Source: Octopus vulgaris (taxonomy: Eukaryota). From it: DNA of 64,000 nucleotides. The first letter of the stretch is position 1; each line of letters begins with the position of its first letter. The position numbers and the translations under genes are program-made. The stretch spans positions 18,910,001 through 18,974,000 of the forward strand of contig OX597821.1 in the NCBI GenBank assembly GCA_951406725.2, given 5' to 3'. Shown here piece after piece: positions 26,138-39,123 of the stretch. Below the pieces are notes generated by a model. That model was not told the DNA's origin. It worked only from the letters and a program-made list of their open reading frames with translations, and made no database searches.

Positions 26138-28143
26138 CTAGCTGACGTACCCAGTAATTCCCAGATATGCGCGGCTTATCCCTTGATTCCGTTCACATAA
26201 TTGTTTCGCTAATCCTAATAACAACAATACAAAGTATGTAACCGTAAAATGGTTTTTGTGCATTTATAGAATTCCCAAAAAGTTACGAGGGGCGTTCAAT
26301 AAGTAATGCCCCTGACCCACTTCCCATAGCAGTAGAGCAACGACACTTGGCACAGCTATTAGTCTTTTCCTACATAGGAACTCCCCAGAGTTATGCATTT
26401 CTCCCATCGTTTGATACAGCTCTGGAGACCGTATTTGTAGAAGACCCCAGCTTGGTCCTCCAGCCACGACGTGACTTCAGAAATCAAGGCTGCATCATCT
26501 GGGAAACGCTTTCCTTTTCATGGCTGGGAAGAGGTGAAAATCAGAGGGTGCAAGGGGAGGAGTTCATAGCTGCACGCCTGTGCTTCTGATCTGGCGACAC
26601 GCGAGTTGTGGACCGGAGCGTTGTCCTGCAGGAGGAGGATGCCTTTGCTGATCTTGCCCCGCCTCTTGATTTTGATAGCTTCTCTTAATTTCCTCAAAAG
26701 TGAAGCATAATAGGCTCCTGTAATTGTGGTACCCTTTGCCAGGAAATCTGTCATCACTACTCCGTCCTGGTCCCAGAAGACTGTGAGCATAACCTTGTCA
26801 GTGGAGGGCTGCACCCTTGCCTTCTTTGGAGGAGGCGAGTCACGGTGCTTTCACTGCATTGACTGGGCTTTGGTCTATGGATCATAGTGATGGACCCAGG
26901 TTTTATCCTATGTGATCAGTCTTTTGAAAAATTTTGACTCATCTTCTTGGCACATCTCCAAATTCATCCTCGAGCACTCAACGCGTTCTTGCTTCTGGAA
27001 AGGTGTGAGCAACCTGGAAATCCATCTGGCAGACACCTTTTGCATATGCAAATGGTCATGAATGATAGACCTTATGGACTATTTGGCGAATAGTTATGCG
27101 TTGACCTTCCAAAATGGCAGCCTCAACTTGACGGACAGACGTCTCATCAACGGCAGAAGGGGGCGACCAGATCTGGGAGCTGTTTCCACAGAGTTCCAAC
27201 TATGTTTGAATTCACAATGCCAGCGCTTTACAAGGTCATATGATGGGGCATCATCACCATAAGTTACTTTCATTTCATCAAAAGTCTCCCGTGGTGTGCG
27301 TCCTTTCAAATACAAAAACCAGATCACTGCTCGAGACTCAACAGGCTCCATTTCACACTTGACTCAGTTCAAACACCTGTAATTCAGAAACCACAATTAG
27401 TTCAGAGCTGTAATTCGCCACTTAATCTATAGAGGTATAAATAATTGCACATCAAACACCTGCAAGTGGGTCAGGGGCATTACTTATTGAACGCCCCTAG
27501 TATGTGTTAACCGATAGTAAGAATTCGAATAAAGTAGCCCCGAAAAGAGCTTTAATGCGTTCCCCGAGTATATAGAACTTAGCAGGAAATACTAATTAGA
27601 TATGTATACTAAAATTGTGACGCATGTTACGTAATAACAGGTTAATCAGATATGAGATGATAATAATTCAAAGTAAATAACTCTAAAAGGGCTTTTTTGC
27701 GTTTCCAAAGAATATTACCCTCAGCGGCGTTAGTGTTGGTATATTCGTGAATAAATCACTAACCGAAATATGTGGATCTATTGTTTAGGAAAATATTATT
27801 CACTTGTTTGAGCGTTGTACTGGATAAATTGCGAAAATAATTCTAACAGTTCAATTATTAAGAAATACGCATACTCAATTTGATTTATACCAAATGATTT
27901 AAGAAAATAAATGGGTTATTTCCCTTGGCTGTTAAAATGAAATATATTAGATATGTTATGAGGACCCCTTCTAGGGGACCTATTATCGATTTTTTTCAAC
28001 AAACTAAGTATTTCATGAGGCTTCCAGACATGAGTTCTACTCACGTATCAAGTTTCATGAAAATCGATAAAACAGTGTAGGAGGAGTTAGCTAACAACTC
28101 TACAAACACACCCACAGACAGGATTTACCACATATGTAGTAGA
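26138..28143 (-). mobile_element. Non-autonomous Helitron-like element hosting a mariner
   Basis: On the minus strand it starts A|TCTACTAC at 28143 and ends GCTAG|T at 26138. The subterminal hairpin is degenerate. Confidence 0.55.
26286..27500 (-). mobile_element. mariner (DD34D, irritans/Hsmar2-like) DNA transposon, 37-bp TIRs, TA duplication, defective transposase
   Basis: TIR cgaggggcgttcaataagtaatgcccctgacccactt occurs at both ends with 1 mismatch, with TA at 26284-85 and 27501-02. Frames contain RAVIWFLYLKG, VSARWI, TWVHHYDP, KVMLTVFWD and LLQDNAPVH, with stops and frameshifts. Confidence 0.95.
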
Positions 28144-28523
28144 TCCACGTATATGTGTGTGAGTTCGTGTGTATAGGTGTGTGAGAGAGAGATATACACT
28201 TATACACATAGACGAATTCCAATGCTGTCAAAAAAATTAGAGACCGAAAATATTGTTTTATTTTCATGGTATTAAGATAAAACTTCGTCTCACAAGAGAT
28301 TTACTTTCACAATAAAATCTGAGATAATATACAATAGGATAATATTGTATATACGATACATACTTAATAACGACATTTAATACGTAAAATATATATTAAT
28401 ATCCCATGGCATTTTTAGTAGAAATATTAGCTGTCTCCTTATAATATTTTAAATATTACTCAGGTATCTGGAATTAATTCAACTGAGGTTATTTGACTAT
28501 ATTTCTAAATAGTACATGCGTGC

Positions 28524-28580
<57 letters not shown>

Positions 28581-28587
28581 TATATAA

Positions 28588-29219
28588 AATTTATCCAAAA
28601 TAAAAGCTCTCTACCCCCCATCTCGAGACACGTGAGATTCGAATTTTTTTCTTTTGCGCTTACTTATAAATTGTTTATAAATTTAACCTCTAGAGGTATT
28701 TTTTAATATGCTGGCCATTGATAGAATTTTTTCGAAAACTTTTATCCTACATTAGATGTTAATTTAATAGTGTTAACTTCCGGACCCTCTCACTTTACGA
28801 GAGTTTTTTAGTTCGAATTGCACGTCCTCGAGATGGGCTAGAGAGTTTATATTTTGGATATATTTGGGGTACTTAGTTGTGCTCATGACTTAGTGTTCAC
28901 TTCTTCCATGGGTATAGGTAAGTATTTCACTTATTTCTTTGCCGCATTTATCACTGATAAAGGGAAGGTTCTTCTGAACTAACTCTGAAATCGGGTTCGA
29001 TATGGTAATAACGGGATTTTTTAGAAATTTCCTTCGGCTTTCTTCGAAACGCGTGCTTGTAGTAATACATTGCATGGTTATTGACGTTATGTCTATTTTC
29101 GGCATATTTTGGCATTAGAAAGTTTTTCTTTTGCCCTTACTTATAAATTGTTTATAAATTTAACCTTTAAATGTATTTTTTAATATGCTGGACATTGATA
29201 GAATTTTTATCCTACATTA

Positions 29220-29225
<6 letters not shown>
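28588..29225. repeat. (TA)n-flanked module with about 55-bp inverted repeats and about 100-bp direct repeats
   Basis: 28592-28645 is inverted at 28812-28860, and 28647-28758 is repeated at 29124-29224. The architecture resembles PLE pLTR rearrangements. Confidence 0.6.
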
Positions 29226-29284
<59 letters not shown>

Positions 29285-29967
29285 TTATATATATATATAT
29301 AAATTTCTCGTAGGGTCACCGTATATTTTTTGCAACAATCATATACTACAATGTATATTAAAGTGTATTAAAAGTTAATAAGCCAATACCGTGTCCTCCT
29401 TTTTGTATTAACAGTGCCATACAATCACTGTTACAACTACAGAATTTCAATTGAATTTACCGCTAGCATTGTAGTTTTTCGTATATGAATACGTCTACGT
29501 AACCAGTGCGATCGAAGATAGAAAAAACAAGTAATAAGAGTGCATGCATATTTCAGGAATTATTGCACATCCTTCAGTACTGCAGCCAACCCTTTTGTCA
29601 TTCACGAACTCATAACTTAAATAGCCACTAAGTGTAGCGATGTAACACTGTTGGATAGACCAATTTGAATATTCCTGGCAACTGGTACAAACATATTAAT
29701 TGCTGGTAATGACACAGCATTTCGTTTTGTAACCATAATATACTACCAAGAACATTGGTTTCAAATTTTGGCACAAGGCAAGAAAATATTCAATTTGTAG
29801 TTATTTTATCGACCCAAAGATGATGAATAGAAAAGTGACCCTTGGCGAAGTTGCTCAAATCGTAAAGTCGGACGAAGTGCCGGTAAGCATTTTTTGCCCA
29901 GAATGCTAATAATTCTGCCAGCTTATCATCTTAATGTTACCAAGAGTATTAAACTTTTATAAGTCAA

Positions 29968-30812
29968 CTAGCAGAATTGCCCGGCGTTGCTCGGGGCTGA
30001 ATTGCTTGAAAGTACTGTTAATGATTGCACTGAATTATGATGATTATTCAGGCAAATATTAATATAAGTTTACGGTGGGAGATAAGGACTTAACGATAAA
30101 ACGTGTGCCATTGCATTGTTTTGGGGGAACCAAATTTCTGATGAGCATTATAGGGGCACCAACTTTAAGTTTGAGAAAGTGTGGTGGTAGTCCGGGGTGC
30201 TCAAAGGAATTGAGTACCTCTATTGGATAGTTGATGACGTCCTCTGGGTCAGGAGTTGTATCGATAGACTGATATACATAGACTTCCCCAGGAATAAGTT
30301 TTAGCATTTCATCATTAATATGGTGAACAGTTTTATTCCTCGGGGCCAGTATAGCCTTTTTGCCAATCCAATCCATATTCTGATAATTAGCTTGTAGATC
30401 TGGGAACACTGCATCTCTGAGATCAGAAGGCGTCTTAACAATGGTACAAATGGAATCGATGGCAATATTACCATTTTCATCCCCTGGTATTTTGCCTTCG
30501 CCAAGTGCAAGGAGGGTGTGAGGAAATGCTGCTGATGTGATATTACGTCGCATATGAGCACGCATATTGGTGTGAAGTTTGAGAGTTACTTCCCTTTATT
30601 TAAAAAAATATGCATTAAAATGGAAAAGAATGATGGTAAATTATTTGTAAAATCATAGACTCATCGTAGACGCGCGCTAATACCCAGAAGGGCTCGATAT
30701 GAATCACGACTATAAGATACCCGGTTTTGGTTAAACTGCATTGCAAAATGTGGGAGTAGTTAGGAATCTAAATCGGAGTAGACAGGCACACAACCTTTCT
30801 TTTATATATAAA
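29968..30812 (-). mobile_element. Helitron derivative with 3' hairpin and CTAG end, carrying a helicase fragment
   Basis: CTAG at 29968-29971, hairpin cccggcgttgctcggg at 29980-29995, and a tatatataaaag 5'-end-like motif near 30812. Confidence 0.75.
30059..30590 (-). pseudogene. Helitron RepHel PIF1-family helicase fragment
   Basis: LHTNMR, AILAPRN, YQSID, YPIEVLNS..PGLPPHFLKLKVGAPIMLIRNL..PKQCNGTR. Confidence 0.92.
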
Positions 30813-30814
30813 TA

Positions 30815-31160
30815 TTTTCGTCCTAAAAAACTTTGTATGGATTGAATGGTTACTTCTATGGAAATATATACACGCACATTATACATACATGTGTGTATAG
30901 ATGAATATATAAATACATTTAAATATCTATATACACTTTTGGGCGATCTTTCTTTTTCTTAGAGATAACTTTAGATCTTATATTCGTCCTAAAAAAACTT
31001 TTTATGGAGTGAAAGGTTACCTCTATGGAAATATATACACACACATTATACATACATCTGTGTATAGATGAATATATAAATACATTTAAATATCTATATA
31101 CACTTTTGGGCGATCTTTCTGCTACTTGGATATAGGTCTTATATTCGTCGTAAAAAACTT
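30815..31160. repeat. About 165-bp tandem repeat, two copies plus a partial third
   Basis: ttcgtcctaaaaaaacttt recurs near 30817, 30983 and 31143, with matching sequence in between. Confidence 0.9.
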
Positions 31161-31766
31161 TCCTGTCACACACTCACGCACACGCACACACACACACACA
31201 CACACGCACACACACACTCACACACACGCACACACACACATTTTATTTATATATTTGCGTGTCTATGTGTGTAAAGAGAAAGTGGGAATGTAGAGTGAAA
31301 GAGTCAGTCATTACAGAAAGTGAATTACTTTCACTTTATTGGTTGCACACTGTGTGTGTGCGTTTGCGTGTGCTGTATCCCACACTAAGAGAAGCATTTG
31401 ACTCATACACCACAATGTGAGTTTTCTCTAAATTTTGCTTAATTGGGGTTGAAATTTTAAAAAGTGGACCTGGCACGACCCGATGCATTCTACTCTTAAA
31501 AATGGTAGGTAAATTGTAATTGAAGAAATCCTATGTTGTAGATTTCTATAAGATACAAAGGGAGGCAGATAAAATCTGCCTTTTATAATAAGAGATAGTG
31601 TACCCTACCTTTTGTGTTATTATAACTTAAATTAGATTATAGTTACAAAACGAAAACTGGTGCCCCTACTAGCAACAAGTGTGTATGTAGCAGATGCCAG
31701 GAATGTGTTTACTACGTAAATTGGTTTAAATTCTGTAGAAAAAGTGTGTAGAAATAACTTTAAAAT

Positions 31767-31810
<44 letters not shown>

Positions 31811-32371
31811 TCAATAAATGGTGGGGTTGTGTTGAGCGCACGTGGAGAAATGATAAGTAAGGAAAAATTTTTTTAAAAGTGCAGAATGCTCAAATGAAAG
31901 AAAATTTTAATAAAATGAGAAATTGATAAAATATATAAATATATATTTATTCAACCGGTTTTCGTCATTGTATGACTTGTCAAGAATATTTATGTTTTAA
32001 AAAGTTTTTTTTAAAATTAGAAAGGGGAAAAAAAGAAAATTGCATTGTTTTTTGTAAAAGAATAATGATAAAAATGTACAAAAATTAAAAAATAAGTTCT
32101 CCGATACATTGTGAGTTCGTTGTGTATCTTGAGTTTTATGGTTGTTTACGAAAAAATTACCTTGAGGTGTTAAGATCCAAAGGGATTAAGAGCATGTGCT
32201 GTGTTGTTAAATTCAGCATGTTTGCAGGACAGGAAGTAGTAGTAATTGTGGTCCTGGTTCTTCAGTTCCTGTGTTGTGAGTAAGGGGAGACAACTCTTTT
32301 GAGTTCTTCAATAAAACCCAAATTATAAAATTATCATTTTAGCTTCATTTGGCTTCATTTAGCTTCATTTA

Positions 32372-32818
32372 GCCAAACTTCACACACCACATCCACCCCC
32401 AACAGTAAAAAAATGTGCACGCTCAAACTGTGGTATTTCTACCTTTCTACTTGAAGGCTCTGAATTGACCTTCAAACAAGGTACGAAGTTTAAAATCAAG
32501 ACTAACTTCTCCTGTTCCTCCGAGAACCTTATCTACGTTCTCACATGCGCTGGTTGCTAACATAATTATGTTGGACAAACGAGTCTCCCGTTATGTAAAC
32601 GAGTAACGGTGCATAAAGAACAAATAAATCTCCCGGAATACCGACAAATTCCACTGAGTGACCACTTAGACTCATGTACTAAAGACTTAAACCCCAAATT
32701 CTATATATTTCCCTTCTACCAATGTAAAGACGGGATCACCACACAGGAGAGAATTAACAAGGAGAATCTCTTTATTGAAAAATTCCAAACACAACTTAAT
32801 ATGCAAACTCCTCGTTGA
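32372..32818 (+). pseudogene. PLE GIY-YIG endonuclease C-terminal fragment
   Basis: KKCARSNC...FSCSSENLIYVLTCAGC*HNYVGQTSLPLCKRVTVH...ERINKENLFIEKFQTQLN, with one in-frame TAA. Confidence 0.9.
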
Positions 32819-33446
32819 TCAAACTTCCTTTCTCTACCTCACTCTTCATGGATGGACTAACACAAATATATAAAGATACCATGCATTCATCACTTCAAGC
32901 TAAAACTTATATTCTTTAAATATCATTTTTACTATTGTTGTTATTACTATCATTTTTATTATAAATGATATGACAATTTAAAATGCAATTGTCTATGCAG
33001 ATTTATATAATTAGAAAATAATATAAATAAAGTGTTAAAATCTGAAAGTTAAGTTAACAAGCAATTATATAAAAAAGATAACGCAAATGAAGCTAAAGTG
33101 ATAATTTTATAATTTGGGTTTTATTGAAGAACTCAAAAGAGTTGTCTCCCCTTACTCACAACACAGGAACTGAAGAACCAGGACCACAATTACTACTACT
33201 TCCTGTCCTGCAAACATGCTGAATTTAACAACACAACACATGCTCTTAATCCCTTTGGATCTTAACACCTCAAGGTAATTTTTTCGTAAACAACCATAAA
33301 ACTCAAGATACACAACGAACTCACAATGTATCGGAGAACTTATTTTTTAATTTTTGTACATTTTTATCATTATTCTTTTACAAAAAACAATGCAATTTTC
33401 TTTTTTTCCCCTTTCTAATTTTTAAAAAAACTTTTTAAAACATAAA

Positions 33447-33487
33447 TATTCTTGACAAGTCATACAATGACGAAAACCGGTTGAATA
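33447..33487 (+). ncRNA. Minimal hammerhead-like fold, U3-A8 variant (mirror copy at 31948-31988, minus strand)
   Basis: tattc TTGACAA gtcat aca atgac GAAAA CCGG TT gaata. Confidence 0.6.
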
Positions 33488-33596
33488 AATATATATTTAT
33501 ATATTTTATCAATTTCTCATTTTATTAAAATTTTCTTTCATTTGAGCATTCTGCATTTTAAAAAAAATTTTTCCTTACTATATATATATATATATG

Positions 33597-33659
<63 letters not shown>

Positions 33660-33695
33660 ATGTGTGTGTGTTTGTATATATATATATATATATGT

Positions 33696-34293
33696 AGGTC
33701 CCGGGTTGAGTCGGGGTTAACCACAGTAAATAAGGTACTCAATACATAGCAGAGTAAAGTAATTTATTTTATAGAAGGAGCTTCTACAGGACTAGAAATG
33801 TTTCATTCAGATGAAATCTTCAGGAAGCTGGCTGTCAAAATAAGGTCTGGTATTTATACATTTAGGCAGATTTAATGGGGTGGTGGTAGGGGACGTTTTG
33901 GGGGTAAGTTGGTATTTAGGAGATAAACAGGGCACAAGCTATTGTTCTTAGGGGAGTGGTCAAAAGGCCAGAGAGTTTTTTGAAATGAGAAGAATCAGTG
34001 AGAAAGTAAATAAATGAATAAATAGAATAATTTAATAGAATCAGATATATGGGATGGGGTTTAGGTAAATTAGGAGACAATTGCTTTTTGGTGGTCAAGA
34101 GGAGGTAGTCAGTTTGTTATTGTTAAGTGGAGGGAAGAAATAGATAAATATACATGAAAAAACATATAAAATAAATATACATACAAACACACATACATAC
34201 ACATGCGAATATACATATATATACATACATACGCACATGTATATACATACAAACACATACATACATATATACAAATATACATACACACACACT

Positions 34294-34325
<32 letters not shown>

Positions 34326-35200
34326 CATATACATATACATACATACACCTACATACACGCACACACACGCACATATATATATACATATATATATATATTT
34401 ATATATATAAATATATATATATATATATTTTTTCTTCTCATCTTCCTCCCTTATTTTTATTTTTATTTTTATTTTTATTTTCCCTTTTCTCTTTTTGTCT
34501 CTCTCCCCTTCTCCTAACACACAGAGACACACAAACACACGCACACACACACACGGGCACACAGAGACACACACACACACCTCCACAAAACAATCATACC
34601 AAGTAGAAGAGTTCTTAAACCCCAAATGGCATTTGACCATCCTCAAAATCATAAAAGGTGTAATTTATGGCCTGCCTACCCACCAACACACTCAGTGACA
34701 CAAGAATAGACAAAAGCTAAAATTCTTAGAACTCCCTTGGGGGTCCAGCAGGCCAAAGGAAATCCTTCTTCTACTCCCCTCTCCCTTCCCCTCTTTCTCT
34801 TTAGCCTCAGATACAAACGCACACGCACACTCACACACACACACCCATACACATACACCCATGTTCTCTCTCTCATTTCCTCCTCATCCACTTCACCCTC
34901 TTGTGCTGTCTTGTTCCTCCCCACCACTATGAAACTCTATAAAATGATTAAAATTCCACACAAAGGAATTATTTTGATTTGAAAACCCCACTAGAGTGGG
35001 AGGATCTGAATGATCTGATATGAATGATATGATATACATATGTAAAAAATGTAATATATAAATGAATACCTGTAACTATGAACCATCCGATCTTCTGATT
35101 ACCTCATTTCTTCTAATATATAATACCTGTGCATCATCTCCAAACCTTCCAATACATATATATATATATATATATACATACATACATACATATATATCGA

Positions 35201-35279
<79 letters not shown>

Positions 35280-36846
35280 AAATACACATATGCATACATA
35301 CATAAATATACCCACTTTCATATAAACATATACATAATTATGCATATATAAACACATATATAAATATACTTCTGTACACATAAACACACACATAAATATA
35401 TGCACGCACATATAAACGCATATGCACATATAAAAACATATGTGCATATAAATATACATACGCATATATAAGCATATGTACGCATACAAATACATATATG
35501 CATACATAAATGCATACATGCATATACATACATACACACATATAAATATATGCACATACATACACGTACCTACATACACATATCTACACACATACACATA
35601 TATATATACCCATACAAAAATCTACAAGTCCATATATATAATAAACTTATGTATATATAAATACACATACACATACATAAATATATACATGCATATACAC
35701 ATACATACATACACATACACACACACACACATATATATATATATACATAAATACATACATGCATATATATATACATATACACATATACATACATACATAC
35801 ACACATATAAATACACACACATGCACATATATATATATATACATACATAAACATATACATATGTATATACATACATATAAATATATACACGTGTACACAC
35901 ATACATAAATACATACCCACACATACAAACATATGCATATATACATACATATATATACATATATATATATATATACATATATATATACATATACAAACAT
36001 GCACACATATACACCTACACACGTATACACGCATACACATACATATGTACATATACATATGCACACATACAAATACATATACATATATGCACTCATATAC
36101 ATATATGTGCACACATACACATGCACACATCCATATATATGTATATAGTCTTAGGAGAGAAGGTAATTGGGGGTGATGAAGGAACGGTGGGGGTTGGGTT
36201 TTTTTGGGGTGGGGTGTCGTCAATCGGGTTGCCGGGTGGGTCTGTAATTTTTGTAGTTTGCATAGATTTTGTGCATACAGGTTGGGGAGTGTTCCGAGAG
36301 AGAGAACATGTGTGTATGTGTATGAGTGTGTGTGTGAGTGTGTGCGTGTGTGAGTGTGTGTGCGTTTGTATCTGAGGCTAAAGAGAAAGAGGGGAAGGGA
36401 GAGGGGAGTAGAAGAAGGATTTCCTTTGGCCTGCTGGACCCCCAAGGGAGTTCTAAGAATTTTAGCTTTTGTCTATTCTAGTGTCACTGAGTGTGTGTTG
36501 GTGGGTAGGCAAGCCATAAATTACACCTTTTATGATTTTGAGGATGGTCAAATGCCATTTGGGGTTTAAGAACTCTACTTTGTATGATTGCTTTGTGGAG
36601 GTGTGTGTGTGTGTCTCTGTGTGACCGTGTGTGTTTGTGTGTGTGTGTGTGCGTGTGTGTGTGTGTGTCTCTGTGTGTTTGGAGAAGGGGAGAGAGAAAA
36701 AAAGAGAAAAGGGAAAATAAAAATAAAAATAAAAATAAAAATAAGGGAGGAAGATGAGAAGAAAAAAATATATATATATAAATATATATATATGTATATA
36801 TATATGTGCGTGTGTGTGCGTGTATGTAGGTGTATGTATGTATATG

Positions 36847-36909
<63 letters not shown>

Positions 36910-37440
36910 ATGTATATTTGTATATATGTATGTATGTGTTTGTATGTATATACATGTGCGTATGTATGTATATATATGTATATTCGCATGTGTATGCACA
37001 CATATAAATATATGTGTTTGTATGTATATTTATTTTATATGTTTTTTCATGTATATTTATCTATTTCTTCCCTCCACTTAACAATAACAAACTGACTACC
37101 TCCTCTTGACCACCAAAAAGCAATTGTCTCCTAATTTACCTAAACCCCATCCCATATATCTGATTCTATTAAATTATTCTATTTATTCATTTATTTACTT
37201 TCTCACTGATTCTTCTCATTTCAAAAAACTCTCTGGCCTTTTGACCACTCCCCTAAGAACAATAGCTTGTGCCCTGTTTATCTCCTAAATACCAACTTAC
37301 CCCCAAAACGTCCCCTACCACCATCCCATTAAATCTGCCTAAATGTATAAATACCTGACATTATTTTGACAGCCAGCTTCCTGGAGATTTCATCTGAATG
37401 AAACAGTTCTAGTCCTGTAGAAGCTCCTTCTATAAAATAA
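33696..37440. mobile_element. Large inverted repeat (about 1.1-kb arms, 1.4-kb microsatellite-rich spacer); ORF-less PLE-type pLTR pair with hammerheads
   Basis: 33767-34872 is the reverse complement of about 36297-37437; the ORF track gives an identical 60-aa peptide at 33916-34098(-) and 37106-37288(+). Hammerheads lie at 33779-33829(-) and 37375-37425(+). Confidence 0.8.
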
Positions 37441-37459
37441 ATAAATATATATATATATA

Positions 37460-39105
37460 TAACGGGAAGCTTTATGAAAATAAACAAAAGACGAAGGCAG
37501 GTGGAAAACAAACGAACAATTGTATTAGTATGGCGCTCAGGAAATATAAATAAAACAAGTCTTTAACGTTTCGAGCCTACGCTCTTCAACAGAAAGATAC
37601 ACAGAGAGAGAAAAACACAGAAAGAAGGAGAGAAAAAATGCGTGCAGTAGCTAACGAATCAACATGGCGATCTGATTTCGGCCAGAGGTCAAAGATCAAA
37701 CATGAGACGCGAGAGCGAAATAAGGGGAGATAATAGGGTTGAGGGACCAGCTAAAAGTGCGTGGGAGGGGTCTGGATGTGTATGTATAGGGTTGGTGTAT
37801 GTATTAGTATGTATAAGGGTGTGTGTGTGTGTGTGTGTGTGTATGAGAGAGTATCAGTGCGTGGGATTGGTCTGGACGTGCGTATGTATGGGGTTGGTGT
37901 ATGTATTAGTATGTATTAGTATGTATTAGTACGTATTGGTATGTATAGGTGTGTGTGTGTGTGTGTGAGAGAGTATAAGTGCGTATGCGGGGTCTGGACG
38001 TGTGTATGTATAGGGTTGGTGTAAGTATTAGTATGTACTAGTATGTATTAGTACGTATTAGTATGTATTAGTTGGTGTGTGTATGGCACATCATATGTGA
38101 TGTGATGTGTAAAGTCATGTGGTGTAGTGAGGAGAAGAGGGGGAGGGGAGAAGAGGGGGAGAAGGGGAGGGGAAGAAGAGGGGGAGGGGAGGGTGAAGAG
38201 GAGAGGATGGGGAGAAGGAAGGGGAGGAGAGGGATGAAGGAGGAAAGAGGGAGAGGGGGAGAGAGAAGGGGAGAGAGGGAGTGAGGGAGCAGAGGGAAGA
38301 GGAAGAGGGAGGGAGAAAGAGGGAAGAAGGGAAGGGAGTAGGGGTGAAAGGATGAAGGACTGAAGAAGTGGGGGTCGGGGGAGAAAGGATAGGTGAGGAG
38401 GGGGAGAGGGGGTTAGATGAGGAGGGGGGGAGAGTTGAGACCAAATGGCGTATAAGAGCGAAGAGAGAAGATTAATTCCTGTTCACGGCGCAAACGGGAA
38501 TCCGGATGGCCTCTGTGTAAGGACAAACCGAACACAGATAGGTGTTGCAAGGAGTGACCGGTGGAGCGGAAATGGCGTGAGACCGGTGTGTCGTTCGCAA
38601 GGTGGATGTCACGAAGGTGTTCCGCGAACCGGTCAGCCAAGCGGCGTCCCGTTTGTCCGATGTACAAGGAATTGCAGAGAGAGCAAGAGATGCAATAGAT
38701 AATATTGCTGGAGGTGCAGGTGAAGGAGTGGATGATGGGATAGGGTCGATGGTGGGTGCTAGTGAGGCGGGTGGTGTTGGAGAGGTAAGGGCAAGTGCGG
38801 CAACGTGGGCGGGAGCAGGGGAACGAGCCGGGTTGGGAGGTAGGGTCAGGGAAGGAGCTATGGACCAAAAGGTCTCGAAGGTTGTGGGCTCGTTTGAAAG
38901 AGGGGAGGGGTCGGTTAGGGAAGAGGTGTGAAGTGGACGGGTCGGACTGGAGACGACGGAAAGCTCGAAGAATGGTGCGTTGGAGACGTAGGGTCGTGGG
39001 GTGGTAAGTGAGGGGAAAAGGGAGGCGGGAGACTACAGGGCGGGTTCGGGGAGAGAGAGCAGATACACGGTCCACGGACCGTGCTCTGGCAAGGGATATA
39101 AATCG
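37460..39105 (-). mobile_element. Penelope-like element (Neptune-like), 5'-truncated: GIY-YIG plus long 3' region
   Basis: GIY-YIG ORF, then polypyrimidine and (CA)-rich sequence, a hammerhead-like motif at 37561-37596 and terminal (TA)n. Confidence 0.88.
38413..39075 (-). CDS. PLE ORF C-terminus: RT thumb/linker, CCHH-type zinc motif and GIY-YIG endonuclease (uninterrupted 220-aa fragment)
   Basis: PLTYHP, FKRAHNLRDLLVHS, PCSRPRCRTC, FTCTSSNIIYCISC..C..LYIGQTGRRLADRFAEH, PVSRHF, REQELI, PFGLN. Confidence 0.9.
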   Translation of the reverse strand: MDRVSALSPRTRPVVSRLPFPLTYHPTTLRLQRTILRAFRRLQSDPSTSHLFPNRPLPSFKRAHNLRDLLVHSSFPDPTSQPGSFPCSRPRCRTCPYLSNTTRLTSTHHRPYPIIHSFTCTSSNIIYCISCSLCNSLYIGQTGRRLADRFAEHLRDIHLANDTPVSRHFRSTGHSLQHLSVFGLSLHRGHPDSRLRREQELIFSLRSYTPFGLNSPPLLI

Positions 39106-39123
39106 CCGTATTTATAGAGCATT

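Larger units (their letters stand above)
31810..33579 (+). mobile_element. 5'-truncated Penelope-like element with inverted pLTR (about 500-bp arms)
   Basis: 31856-32351 is the reverse complement of 33084-33579 and near-identical to it. A GIY-YIG fragment lies between the arms, with (TA)n on both flanks. Confidence 0.9.

Noticed and set aside
30059-30565. Host PIF1 gene
   Set aside because: It is a partial, intronless fragment bounded by Helitron termini.
30815-31160. CRISPR-like array
   Set aside because: Whole units are duplicated with no unique spacers, there are no cas genes, and the context is eukaryotic.
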